From Eledone cirrhosa (Eukaryota): a stretch of DNA of 64,000 nucleotides. The first letter of the stretch is position 1; every line of letters starts with the position of its first letter. Both the position numbers and the translations under genes were made by a program. Below the pieces are notes generated by a model. The model made no database searches and was not told where the DNA came from. It worked only from the letters and a program-made list of their open reading frames with translations. The stretch is from positions 82,460,001-82,524,000 of the forward strand of contig OZ024747.1 of the NCBI GenBank assembly GCA_964016885.1, given 5' to 3'. Positions 1-14,399 of the stretch are shown here, piece by piece.

Positions 1-2358
1 TCACAGTTGCAATACAATGTCACAGTTGCAATACAATGTCACACTTACAATACAATGTCACAGTTGCAATACAACGTCACAGTTGCAATACAATGTCACA
101 GTTGCAATACAATGTCACAGTTGCAATACAATGTCACACTTACAATACAATGTCACAGTTGCAATACCATGTCACAGTTACAATACAATGCCACAGTTGC
201 AATACAATGTCACAGTTGCAATACAATGCCACAGTTACAATACAATGCCACAGTTACAATACAATGTCACAGTTGCAATACAATGTCACACTTACAATAC
301 AATGTCACAGTTGCAATACAATGTCACAGTTGCAATACAATGTCACACTTACAATACAATGTCACAGTTGCAATACAATGCCACAATTGCAATACAATGT
401 CACAGTTACAATACAATGTCACAGTTGCAATACAATGTCACAGTTGCAATACAATGTCACAGTTGCAATACAATGTCACAGTTGCAATACAATGCCACAG
501 TTGGAATACAATGTCACAGTTGCAATACAATGTCACAGTTGCAATACAATGTCACACTTACAATACAATGTCACAGTTGCAATACAATGTCACAGTTGCA
601 ATACAATGTCACACTTACAATACAATGTCACAGTTGCAATACAATGCCACAGTTGCAATACAATGTCACAGTTGCAATACAATGTCACTGTTGCAATACA
701 ATTCCACAGTTGGTATACAATGTCACAGTTGCAATACAATGTCACAGTTGCAATACAATGTCACAGTTGCAATACAATGTCACAGTTGCAATACAATGCC
801 ACAGTTGGAATACAATGTCACAGTTGCAATACAATGTCACAGTTGCAATACAATGTCACACTTACAATACAATGTCACAGTTGCAATACAATGTCACAGT
901 TGCAATACAATGTCACACTTACAATACAATGTCACAGTTGCAATACAATGCCACAGTTGCAATACAATGTCACAGTTGCAATACAATGTCACAGTTGCAA
1001 TACAATGCCACAGTTACAATACAATGCGACAGTTACAATACAATGTCACAGTTGGAATACAATGTCACAGTTACAATACAATGTCACAGTTGGAATACAA
1101 TGTCACAGTTGCAATACAATGTCACAGTTACAATACAATGTCACAGTTGCAATACAATGCCACAGTTACAATACAATGCCACAGTTACAATACAATGCGA
1201 CAGTTACAATACAATGTCACAGTTGCAATACAATGTCACAGTTGCAATACAGTGCCACAGTTGCAATACAATGCCACAGTTGCAATACAATGCCACAGTT
1301 ACAATACAATGCCACACTTACAATACAATGTCACAGTTACAATACAATGTCACAGTTACAATACAATGCCACAGTTGCAATACAATGTCACAGTTGCAAT
1401 ACAATGTCACAGTTGCAATACAATGCCACAGTTGCAATACAATGTCACAGTTGCAATACAATGTCACAGTTGCAATACAGTGCCACAGTTGCAATACAAT
1501 GCCACAGTTGCAATACAATGCCACAGTTGCAATACAATGCCACAGTTACAATACAATGCCACACTTACAATACAATGTCACAGTTACAATACAATGTCAC
1601 AGTTACAATACAATGCCACAGTTGCAATACAATGTCACAGTTGCAATACAATGTCACAGTTACAATACAATGCGACAGTTACAATACAATGTCACAGTTG
1701 CAATACAATGTCACAGTTGCAATACAGTGCCACAGTTGCAATACAATGCCACAGTTGCAATACAATGCCACAGTTACAATACAATGCCACACTTACAATA
1801 CAATGTCACAGTTACAATACAATGTCACAGTTACAATACAATGCCACAGTTGCAATACAATGTCACAGTTGCAATACAATGTCACAGTTGCAATACAATG
1901 CCACAGTTGCAATACAATGCCACAGTTGCAATACAATGTCACAGTTGCAATACAATGTCACAGTTGCAATACAATGCCACAGTTGCAATACAATGTCACA
2001 GTTGCAATACAATGTAACAGTTGCAATACAATGTCACAGTTGCAATACAATGTCACAGTTGCAATACAATGTCACAGTTGCAATACAATGTCACAGTTGC
2101 AATACAATGTCACAGTTGCAATACAATGTCACAGTTACAATACAATGTCACAGTTGCAATACAATGTCACAGTTGCAATACAATGTCACAGTTGCAATAC
2201 AATGTCACAGTTGCAATACAATGTCACAGTTGCAATACAATGTCACAGTTGCAATACAATGTCACACTTACAATACAATGTCACAGTTGCAATACAATGT
2301 CACAGTTACAATACAATGTCACAGTTGCAATACAATGTCACAGTTACAATACAATGTC
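1..2358. repeat. 19-bp tandem satellite (TCACAGTTGCAATACAATG)n, roughly 120+ units, continues off the 5' end
   Basis: Direct 19-bp periodicity with recurring variants (TCACACTTAC, GCCACAG, GCGACAG, TTGGAAT). Confidence 0.98.
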
Positions 2359-2497
2359 ATTGTATTTGTTAGGAACTGACTTGGAGCTAAATAACAAGAT
2401 GGAGCATCTACATGGTTGCTTATTCTTCTAGAAATAACAGCCAAGTGTTTTTCATATAATATTGTCATCTTTCAAATTATGGAAGAATATATTAAAT

Positions 2498-2836
2498 CAG
2501 AGGTTATCAAAGTGGGCGCTACCGCCACCAGGGTCCGTTGAGAAGGTCCAGGGGCCTATGTTGCCCATGGGACAGTGGGGGAGGGCGATAGCGATGATAT
2601 AATAGTATATAAAATATCAAATGATACATATAAATATAGTAAAATAAAGAAATATATATTTATCTATAGATAGTATATATTATATTATTTATTATATATA
2701 TATATATAAAATAACGATTTTATTCATATATTATTTACAATTTGCGTGTAGTTGAGTCTCTCTGGAAATAGGGGTGGAGGAGCTGACGGTATTACGTGGC
2801 CGTACGTTTGTGGCCTTAAAAGTTTCAGAACCTCTG
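2498..2836. mobile_element. hAT-like MITE
   Basis: Termini CAGAGGTTATCAAAGT / AGTTTCAGAACCTCTG are imperfect inverted repeats; flanks TATTAAAT / TATTAGGT resemble a degraded 8-bp TSD. Confidence 0.6.
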
Positions 2837-3900
2837 TATTAGGTAATGTAATCTGAGATACACTTACCTGAAAGGATTGATGGGAACTGCTAGAATGACA
2901 TTGTTTAGTCCCGTATCTATTCGGAACAAGTAGACTTATAATCAATTCCGGCAACATATGAGATGTTAAGTATATAGGACCACATTTACTAACGCTGCCT
3001 TCCGTGTTTTAAGACAATAGTCTGTGATTTGAGGAAAATTAATCTGCTATTTCTAGACGGTCGAGCAAAGATATTGAGATTCTCTTGTTGTTAACGATGC
3101 CATCTAGGTTTTATTCACTGAACATACTATACCACGAACATGAGTAATGTGAGTTACGTCTTTCAGATATTCATGGAGAACGTCTCAAACATACCTGCCT
3201 ATTGAACTATGAGTGTCGCCTCATGAGTTTCTATGGGTCAAAAGCTATTGCATATAGTACGTGTTAAACTGTCATTTAAATACATTTTGAGATTGTTATG
3301 CCCCCAGCTTCTGACAAAATAACAATTGTAATTTTTCATTATTTGTACACCCTACTTTAAAAGATATATTTAAACGAGTCAACGTATAAAGCCGTCTATT
3401 TACTATCCAATGTAACTTTTATAACAATTTCTTCAAAGATAGTTTAGAAATAATGGCGACTGGAATCTTGTTCTCGAGTATATTCTATGAACTTTCGCTG
3501 AAGGCAAATATGATGGAAATTAATGGCATTATACGTTATATTGTCTAGAAGCTTCGAGTGTAACATATTCTTTCTTGTATTTTATGAAGACACACACGCA
3601 CACATACACACATACACGCATACACACATATACCGTATACTCTATAAAGGATTTTATCTGTTGCTTAATCTTCTAAACTGAGAGAGATTAATGTTTTAAA
3701 CCTCCAATGACAGAATCACTCCCAGCGCTGGAATTATTTTTAATGGGTCGGCAAGAGTTAAGTGAGATAAACGACTAGGTTTATTTCCTTTCCTCACTCT
3801 AAGTATGGAGTTCAAATTGTACCAAGGTCACGGTTGCAATTTGAAACGATCCAAACAAACATCAATGCAATAAGTAGCAGTCATGTACGAAGGAGCATTC

Positions 3901-4257
3901 AAATAACTGTTTCTATTTTGGGCACAAGGCCTGCAATTATCCCAGTACTTTACTGATACTTTATTTTATCGACCCCGTATGGATGAAAGGCAAAGTTAAC
4001 CTCGGCAGGATTTGAATTCAGACCGTAAAGGGACGTAATTCTATGCTGCAAAGCATGACCGCAATAATAATTGTTTCTACTTTTGGCACAGGGCCAGCAA
4101 TTACCCAGTACATTATTGATACTTTATTTTATCGACCCCGTAAGGATGAAAGGCAAAGTTAACCTCAACCTCGGCGGGATTTGAACTCAAACCATAAAGG
4201 GCCGTAACTCTTTGCTGCAAAGCATAGCGTCAGACCCTCTACCGATACTGCCAAATC
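3901..4257 (-). mobile_element. tRNA-derived SINE family A, two tandem copies (short form)
   Basis: Reverse complement of GGCAGTATCGGTAGAG (A box-like)...GAGTTCAAATCC (B box)...CTTTGCCTTTCATCCTTACGGGGTCGATAAAATAAAGTACCAG...GGCCTTGTGCC...(ATT)n. Confidence 0.92.
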
Positions 4258-4604
4258 GCAGAAAATATATTCAACATTATTTTGCATAGAATTATTATTA
4301 TTCATGGTAATAGCATTTTCTATTTCCAGTAGTCATTTCTTTGTTTATTTGTAATATTTTCATTGAAATAGATTTAACATTTTGAGAACTATTTTGGTAT
4401 TTTAAAAAAAAGTATTATTTTCATTCGTGGCAAAATTGTTCTTCTGTTTTTTTAATTTTCTTTGGTTAAATTTTCCCCGTTGTAAATGTAATTTGTTATA
4501 TATCGTTATTAATGCCAGGAAATGGTTGGTTAAAAGAAAAGCAGAATGATTGCATATGTGTGTGTGTTGGTGTATGTGTGTGTGCTGGTGTGTGTGTGTG
4601 TGTG

Positions 4605-4674
<70 letters not shown>

Positions 4675-4835
4675 CGTGTGCGTGCGTGTGTAGGTTTATC
4701 GAATTTTAGATAAACTTGGAAGCCCTTTACAATGTGTTTCAAATTCAAAACAGTTTATTCATAACACAAACACATACATACATTCACATACATACTTGTA
4801 TATATATATATATGCATATACATATATATATATAC

Positions 4836-4888
<53 letters not shown>

Positions 4889-5008
4889 GTATGTATATAT
4901 ATCTATATTAATGCATATGTCAAATAAATAAACGGAATGAATGTATCTCGTATTTACCTTATAAAGGAATATGCCTATTTTTATCGTATTTCCTATTCTA
5001 ACCGTGTG

Positions 5009-5048
<40 letters not shown>

Positions 5049-5554
5049 TGTGTACAGACATACATACATATGTATATTTATACACACGCACACATATATA
5101 TAAATATATATATATATATATAAACACACATATATATATATATTTATATACATAAACATATATGTGTATGTATATATATATATATATATACATTTTTATA
5201 TATATATATATAGGAGTATTTTGTAAAAACTATGTAATGTTAACGTTAGAAAATAAATGAAAGCAGATAAGTTTTTTTTAAAAGTCAGATAAAATAAGGA
5301 AGTGAGAAAATAGAGAGAAAAATTTGTAACATATATTCAAATAAAACTAAAGAATTCGGACAGAAAAGCCATTTGTATGAAGAAGTAGAGTATATGATAC
5401 GAAAGAAAAGAATGTATGTATGTGTGTATGTATATATATATATATACAAAGATGCATATATATGCATATATATATATACATATCCATATATATATATATA
5501 CATATACATACATATATATATATATACATATATATAATATATATACACATATAT

Positions 5555-5643
<89 letters not shown>

Positions 5644-6234
5644 AGAGAGAGAGACTGAGAGAGATAGACAGACAGAGAGAAGTAGGGAGAATGTGTGAAA
5701 GACCGAGATATAACTAGAAAGATATACGTATACGTATATATATATATATATAAATACGCACACATACACACATGTATATGTATATGTGTGTGTGTGTGTA
5801 TGTGTAATAAACAACAAACAACGACATACAACACAATAAAACACAAGATGGTGATCTTGGCCGTGCCACATTCATTTCACTACCTACGCCTCAATATAAA
5901 TCTAGAGGAACTTAAAATAAAATGAAATAAAATAAAATAAAAATAAAATATATTAATCAAAGTAAAATGAATGACACTTAAGATAGGTTATCAGCGATTG
6001 TAAGGCGATCAGAGTTTAGTGTCTGAGAAATGGTTCAACACTAGAACATAAATCAAAAAATAAACCTCTCCAAAAATAAAAGATTTTAAAAATACTACAG
6101 CATAAAAGATGACAAACAAACAAGGAAAAATAAACACATTACCATTATTCCTGAAAGAAGACAGAAGAAACATATTGATGTTATATATTGATGTTATATA
6201 TTGATGGAACAAAAGAAAGAATATTATTATTATT

Positions 6235-6822
6235 TTGACAGTATCGGACGCTATGCTTTGACGTATAGAGTTACGGCCCTTGCCATTCTGAGTTCAAATC
6301 CCGCCGAGGTTGACTTTGCCTTTCATCCTTACGGGGTCGATAAAATAAAGTACCAGTAATGCTCTGGGTAATTTGCTGGCCTTGTGCCAAACGTAGAAAC
6401 AATTATTTTGACAGTATCGGTAGAGCGTCAGGCGCCATGCTTTGTAGCATAGAGGTACGTCCCTTTACGGGCTGAGTTCAAATCTCGCCGGGGTTAACTT
6501 TGTCTTTTATCCTTACGGGGTCGATAAAATATAGTACCAGTAATGCACTGGGAAAATTGCTGGCCTTGTGCCAAAAATAGAAACAATTATTATTATTATT
6601 ATTTTGGCAGTATTGCTAGAGCGTCAGACGCCATGCTTTGCAGCATAGAGTTATGGCCTTTTACGCTCTGAGTTCAAATCCCGTTGAGGTTAGCTTTGCC
6701 TTTCATCCTTACGAGGTCGATAAAATAAAGCACTAGTAATGCACTGGGGTCGATTTAATCGACTTTCCCCTCCCCCAAATTACTGGCCTTGTGCCTAAAG
6801 TAGAAATCATTATTATTATTGT
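6235..6822 (+). mobile_element. SINE family A, three head-to-tail copies (two short, one long)
   Basis: Copies start at about 6235, 6408 and 6604, each with B box, conserved core and (ATT)n tail. Confidence 0.93.
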
Positions 6823-7165
6823 TATCAATATTATTGTTATTTTTCTTATTTTTCTTATTTTTCTTCGTCTTCTTTGCGACGTACATTTCCGAATAAGAAG
6901 TAGATTTTACTACATTCTAATTTATAAAGAAGATTTATTTTTGTGTTAACAAAACTCTTTTGATGGATTTGAGAGTCCTCCCCATTACAAACAGAAACTC
7001 AATATGACTTCCTCTGGGGGTGTAACATGAGCTGCTAGCTACAAACATGGTAGCAACGCTTACGTTTCTCGGCTTAGAAATTTTGAAACTTTTTGTACAC
7101 AAAAATAAAGATGATAGAAAAAATAACAGAAAGGATAAAACATTTGAACAAACTGACATAACTGC

Positions 7166-7232
<67 letters not shown>

Positions 7233-7663
7233 TGTAATATTGGTTGTAGAGAGCAACAAGCGTAGGTGTAAAAGACACTTGAAGGCGCTTTGTTCCAATG
7301 ACTAGGGAGAACAGAGAAAGAGAGTAAGCGGACAAAAACGTTTGCTGCAACAACAGTGTGTCCTAGAAACTGATATTTTTAGAGCACCACCGGTTGCAGC
7401 GCTGAGAACAACGAAATGATTTATTCATTTTTGCTTTACTGAACAAAAAACCAGGTTTGAAGCTGAACTAGGTATATAGTCTTTGAACATGATTACACTA
7501 TATGTAAACAGTTTATCGACTAATATCGAAACATGAGTGATGTTGGATTCAATAAACATAAACTATAGGCATTTATGTGTTTATTCCGACATTGTATTTA
7601 CACTGACAGTATAAATACTCTAATACTATAGTGTTCCTGAATTTGCAACAGTTTGTATGTCAA

Positions 7664-7882
7664 GTGAAGGCGCGTGGCTGAAAGGTTAGAGAATTGGATT
7701 CGCAATCGTGAGGTTGTGAGTTCGATTCCTGGACCGGGCTGTTCGTTATGTCATTGAGCAAGACATTTTATTTCACGTTGCTCCTTCTACCTGGAGTTGC
7801 GACCGTTAGATAGTATTAGCAATTGGAAAGACCAACGGAAACATTCTTTCGTCGGTCCGATTTGACGAACGCCGATCAACTG
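7664..7882 (+). mobile_element. tRNA-derived SINE family B
   Basis: GTGGCTGAAAGG (A box-like), GAGTTCGATTCC (B box), GTCATTGAGCAAGACA body; similar copy at 15685-15903. Confidence 0.85.
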
Positions 7883-8174
7883 TATATTGTGTGTCAAAGG
7901 AAGAATGTGACGATTCATGGCTGCCGTTTGTATGAGAGAGACAAGATATAAGTTTCAGTAGTTGAATATTTCCCCCTTTCTCCCAGACATAGTGACCTTT
8001 CCAAAACATTAGATTCCTTTACTTCCTAAGACATACTGACATATCTAAACCCATAATCTTCACACTATCATTAGCGATGGAAGTTACCCAACCATGATAA
8101 AGACACTCGGCTTGTGTCTAAATTAGAAACAATTATTAACTCTTAAAAGAAGTTTTATTATTTCTGATATTCAT

Positions 8175-8380
8175 AGGGCAGTATCGGTAGATGTTCAGAC
8201 GCCATGCTTTGCAGCATAGAGTTACGGCCCTTTATGATCTGAGTTCAAATCCTGCCGAGGTTAACTTTGCCTTTCATCCTTACGGGGTCGATAAAATAAA
8301 GTACCAGTAAGGTACTGGGGTCGATTTAATCGACTGCCCCCTCCCCAAAAATTGCTGACCTTGTGCCTATATCAGAAACC
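8175..8380 (+). mobile_element. SINE family A, long form, with perfect 18-bp TSD
   Basis: ATTATTTCTGATATTCAT at 8157-8174 and 8381-8398 flanks the copy. Confidence 0.95.
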
Positions 8381-8802
8381 ATTATTTCTGATATTCATGC
8401 CTCTGTTACACAAGCCTAAGTCTTAATATGTTTTATTATCGTGCCAGGTAATTATTAGATATATTCATATCTTTAAGATCCCAACTGCAATAAAAACAAC
8501 AAATATTTTCCTACAGAAATTCACTGAAAGGTGAATTCAAACATCGTTATGAATATTCACCAGATTTTGACATCTCTTTATAACATCGCCATGATAACAA
8601 TCAGTTAAAAGAGTGTTATGCTGCATCGATAACACGAGTTAAATACAGCTGTTTACATCAAATATTTAGTTAATTAATTGAAGGATATTCTACAATTGTG
8701 GAACGTTGTAATTACTTCAAACAGCGCTGAGGGTTGTGAAAAAAATTGAGTTATTCACAAAACTAATTTACACTTATAATCATCATGTGTGTGAATGTGT
8801 GC

Positions 8803-8848
<46 letters not shown>

Positions 8849-9178
8849 ATTCAAAATGGCACCTGTAGCTAAGATCTTAAATTGGTTAACCCAACAAAGA
8901 CAACAACAACAGGATTTACAACTAGAATTGCTATACAAATGGCTGACAGTTAGGAGAATCTTGACAACAGCTGTGGATATTAAAGTATCCGATAGCTGCA
9001 AGATAAAGCATTCGATATTAGTAGGTGCATTAATATGTACCAAAGAAACTAAAGCATGCAATCCAACAAGATGGGCTTTATCATTATCTGATGAAGTAAA
9101 ATAAAAATATGAAGAACAGTCGAATCAATAATTGGCCAGGAGAAAATAGGACTCAAGAAACAATGTTATTATGATGTG

Positions 9179-9284
<106 letters not shown>

Positions 9285-12200
9285 TATATGTGTGTGTGTA
9301 ATTGCCTGTGCCTGTGTGTTTATATATATGTGTGTGTGTGTGTTGTGTGTGTCTGTGTGCCTGTATCGTGTCACTGTTTGCATGTGTGTGTGTGTGTGTG
9401 TCTGTCTGTTTGTATGTGTATGTGTGTCTATATATGTGTGCGTAATTGTCTGTGTCTGCGTGTTTATATGTGTGTGTGTGTCTGTGTCGTGCCTCTGCTT
9501 CCATGTGCATGTGTGTGTGTGTGTGTCCGTTCTATAGTGTAGGTGAGCTCTGTCTTGAAATTAATAAGGCAAATATAGTTATTAACGAAAAACTTATTGT
9601 AAAACATATTGCAAACTATCTCCTCGAAAACTGTTCCCATTAAGTAGTAATACGGTACTTCAACCAGGATTTTACTCATTGAAACATTAGCTGGACAGTA
9701 CTTAGTTTACAGAATTTACTTTTTTTCAAGCGTTAGACAATGATGACCTTATAGTGAAATCCTCAGTTTATGAATTTGCAAGAACTGTTGCTCTTCAATT
9801 AACGACCTGTTTCCGTTGCACCAACCTAGTTGTAATGCGAATTGGTCACTAAGCAAACTCCTCAGTTAAGGATCAAATGTGTTCCAGTGACATGGTCGGA
9901 AAATATATTTAGGTATTGATTTAGTGTCACCCAGCAGTTGATAGAATCCATGAGAGTGTGAAAACTTACAAAGTATCAGTTTTATATTAAATTAATCCTC
10001 TGAATAAAGAAATTATTCAGGCGTTTAATAGAAACACTATCTTAGTTTACTGGAAAAGGCATACGATAGCTGTCGTAAGTTTGTTCTGTCATTAAACAAG
10101 ATGATTGTTAAGAGATGAGAGGCTGTGCTCAGCTTGTAATAACAGTTTATATCTTTCTCAAACACATTCTCATTCCTGAACTGCCAACAGTAGTTTGCTA
10201 TTGGCCTGTATATTGTATCGGCATAATTAGAAACATGGGTTTCAGAAGAATTTGAACTTAGATTATTAAAAACTCATATAAGATATCGTTTACTTGTGCC
10301 GAGAATTTGTCCTAATAAACTGTACCTTAGCTCATATTAAATTATAGCACAAAATAGGTTAGACTATTTTGTCAACCATTTGAATTTACATAGTAATTTT
10401 AATACTTTCACTGAGACATTTATATCTAGAGATATATTCCTCTAAATTTAATTCCATAACAAGACTATATGCGTTGTAAACGTGCATGATTTACCGACCG
10501 GAATATCTTGTGCTGGTGTGATCGATGTAACAATTGTTGCCATGGGGGTTGTTAATCTGATAATTGTCATGTTTGCATTGGTATTTTTATATCTCATTAG
10601 CCATCTGTAGAACGTTCTCTGGTTTACCAGTCTTAGGTTTCTTGTCATGTTGATGAGATGCTTTATTTTGGTGTTTTTGTACTTTATTGTAAATGTGAGT
10701 TTGGGGTTAGGATCGATGCATATGTTTTGTTTTTATGAAATTTTTTAATTACATGTTCATTCACTCTATCACAAAGGTGTATTTCGTTATTGTGGTATTT
10801 CAAATGTGTGGTTTGTGTATTTTTCTCGTTGCTGCTTCTGTTGTGTTAGTGTGACTAAATTCACTCTTATGTTGTTCTGTGGCATAGTCTACTGTTGGGA
10901 TATTAATTGCTAACTAATATTTGTTTTACACGTGGGATTTCCTTATTGAATGAGTATTTAAAGGCTCTAGCCTACTACAGAAATATCAAAATAAAGAAAC
11001 TCCTCTTCAAAACGAAACTACAGACGGGTAAATCACAGAATGTTCTGTAAGTAATACAAGTTCCAATACAACCATGAAAGTTATAAATTTCATAACCAAA
11101 ATTGTTACATCGGTCATACAAGCACGGCACTTTCCCGTTGGTTAACCATGTCCTTACAACAAGGAGCAATTGCAACACATTTCCACAGAGTACATGCTAA
11201 AGATAGGACAACATTAGTTGATAACAATATAATATTATATAGAATTCCACACAAAACAAGATGAACAGCTATGGTGGCCCTCTTAATATTAGAATATGAA
11301 CCAAAAATGAACACACAGATACAACATACGTGAAACCAGTTATAACTGGTCTGCTTCAACCGTTGGGAAATTTAATATCATGTCTTCATGATTTTCTACC
11401 ACTCTCTTGTTGCTTAACGACTACTGCTAAGCACGTGACTAATACGCCACTAGTAGGTTTCGAAACCATGCACCCACGGATTTAAGAGATCTACTATTTC
11501 GAACTAAGTATAACTAATAAGAAAATACGAACGATCCTAAATAAAAATAATTAAACTGAAGTAGAGCCGTGTTTTCACTATATGTCGTATACTTTCCTCT
11601 CTTGATATGCATGAAAATGAGCGTAAATGTGTGTGTTTACACGAAAGCATGCATGTATATAGAAATACACTGCCGTACAAACATATGGTGTATAGCCACA
11701 AGTGATTCTATTCGTATGAATGGCACACATATTGACTTGCTTCAAACTAAAGTCTTAAAAACGTCATTCAGAATTTCTAATTATCTCATTTACTATAATT
11801 CTTTAGCGTATATCACAAAGGAATAATAAGCATAGAAAATATTGTAACGACTTATTTTTCATTAATTTTACTTGCAGGCATCAACAACTAGCCGACAATG
11901 ACCTGACCTTAGCAGCTATATGATAAAGGATCGCTCTTAGCGAAATCCTTACAAAGATTGACCTTAGCCACTTCGTGATACAGCCAAAACCCTCAGCATG
12001 ATTTTCATAAAGATTGCTCTCAGCAAGATCTTAATGTAACCTCTTGCTACTTGTTTAAGTAAAGGTCTAACATTTAAACGAATGAGATAATTAATAAAAT
12101 ATTTCACTCTTACATATTTCTTTCTCTCTTCCTCTCCCCCTTCTCTCTCTTTCTTTCTCTCCCTCTCTCGCTCTCGCTCTCTTTCTTCTCCCTCTCTCTC

Positions 12201-12989
12201 TACTCAACTCCTTCTTCACCTCTAAATGTTTGTTTTTTCAATCTCAACTTTTATATTTCTCAATACTTTACTATCTGCATTTATCATTTGTTCCTCTTCC
12301 AACTCTTTTCATTTCTTTTTCTGATATTGCATCTCACTTTGAACACAATATCTGGTAGCTATTTTGGTTTTAACCCTTTCTGACGTATACATTTAATCTC
12401 ATTGAATTTTAAAATTTATTTTCTGTAACTCTATCGCAAAAGCTGTCTTTATATTACTTTTTCCATTTCACAAAACCTGGAACAGTAAGCTCACCACTCC
12501 AGCGCCCATAATATTTACCTTATTCATACGCAGTTACATGTCATAATCCATCTCAACTCTTGTCCAAATTCATCTCAGTCATTCCAATTTCTGTCCTAGC
12601 CTCAATCCATAATATTTAACCTTGTCTTGTTTAAATCTGATTTTAATCATCGCTTTTATGCTCAGTAATGGAATCTTCGGCTCTGCTTTCTCTCTTTATC
12701 TTTGCCTTAAGCTGCCCAAGGTTTCCGAATTTCATTAACTCTTTTGTTATCAAACCGCCTGAAACTGTTCCTGTTCCAATAACACAAAGCTCTAACCAAA
12801 GCACCAGTTAAATATTCTTGATTATTTTCAAAACTTAATTGAAAGGTTAGGTAGTGGATTTCAGTATAAATATGCTAACGAGAATGTTAAACTCTGCGTG
12901 TTTAAACTATGTGCTGTCAAATTATCTCTTGCATAATCGTACTTCACTCTGCTTATATTTGAAGGTTTTTATGTTTAATATATATCGAG

Positions 12990-13285
12990 TGAAGAATTGT
13001 TGACTCTGATACGATAAATCATCCAACAGTGTCCACGATGAGCATTCAGTAGATCTACAAACGGAACACACGTCTCATTAAATTAATGATTAAGTGTTTG
13101 AATAATCCACAGGCACGTGTACCCTTCACACGATTCTCAACCAGAGTAAGTGTGACAGGACTCGCTATTTCAATAGCAGTTACAATGTATCAGGCGGGCT
13201 TTCAGAAGATTTCCATCTACTTAATTTTAACCACAAGGTTCGGGTCGACACACGTATTGGAATAGAACCAGATATTTTAAAACAT
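12990..13285 (-). mobile_element. Old degenerate SINE-like body
   Basis: Loose similarity to the 37900-38180 region in opposite orientation; judged by eye only. Confidence 0.35.
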
Positions 13286-14074
13286 GCCTGCGTTTGCCTA
13301 ATGCGCCAGCTTTCTAGTTATATAACATCATCTCACCCTCATAGTCTGTTTCGTTCTCTCTGATCTGATTGAGTAAATGTCAGTTCAGAACACCATAGAC
13401 AGAATGCTAGTGAATACAAACAGCAATGGCGCTTAGTCGATTCGTCTTCTCTGGAGACGAAATTAGATATGCATCGAAAGAAACCATTTATTTACGATTA
13501 CTGCCATAAACCTCAGAGGACATACCTCAATACTGACCACTTAATTTCTAATTTGTTGAATAAATATATTCGCTATTGCTGTTGATAATTGACAAATTCC
13601 ACTCAAGTGACTTTTGCCCCTTTACACATCCTGATGATCTGTAGAACTGCACCGAATTTCAACACAAATGAATAGTTTGAAAACGACTTTTGTATTAAGC
13701 CTAAGTCTTTTTCATTCTGTTACATACTTGTATTGTTGTTATGAAATAAATTTTAGCGGATGAATCATGAAAAGAATATAGTTATATTCCATCTAATGAT
13801 CTCACTGTATAGTTATCTATTTCTTTATATTCCTATGGATCTATATATGTATCTATACAGGTCTATTTTGGTACAAAACAGATGGCTTGTGGTATGATAC
13901 CGAATACAATTACGCTGTTATAATGCCTTGAAAGTACATTTTCGTAAGAATTTGACATCAAGTTTTGCCCAATTATTGACAAATAAATAAATAATATACA
14001 CACACGCACACACACATGGAAAATGGACGATAAATGATGATGATCATGATATTCATATATAAATACATATACAT

Positions 14075-14153
<79 letters not shown>

Positions 14154-14217
14154 AAGATAACTACTTGTAAAGAGTAAAAGCGCGTGCGCTCACACGCATA
14201 CCACATTTACACACAGA

Positions 14218-14269
<52 letters not shown>

Positions 14270-14299
14270 ACATATATATATATATATATGTATGTATAC

Positions 14300-14399
<100 letters not shown>

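Noticed and set aside
7-2379. Three long ORFs (666-790 aa) of MSQLQYNVTVAIQCHSCNT repeats with CxxC motifs
   Set aside because: A stop-free 19-bp unit (not a multiple of 3) gives the same peptide in all three frames; this is a satellite artefact.
7664-7740. tRNA gene
   Set aside because: A/B boxes present but no intact cloverleaf, and it continues into a repeated body; this is a SINE head (same for 15685 and family A).
9083-9125. CTGATGA as possible hammerhead (also 13631, 16775, 27109)
   Set aside because: No convincing GAAA partner or stems I/III; may be decayed but unsupported.
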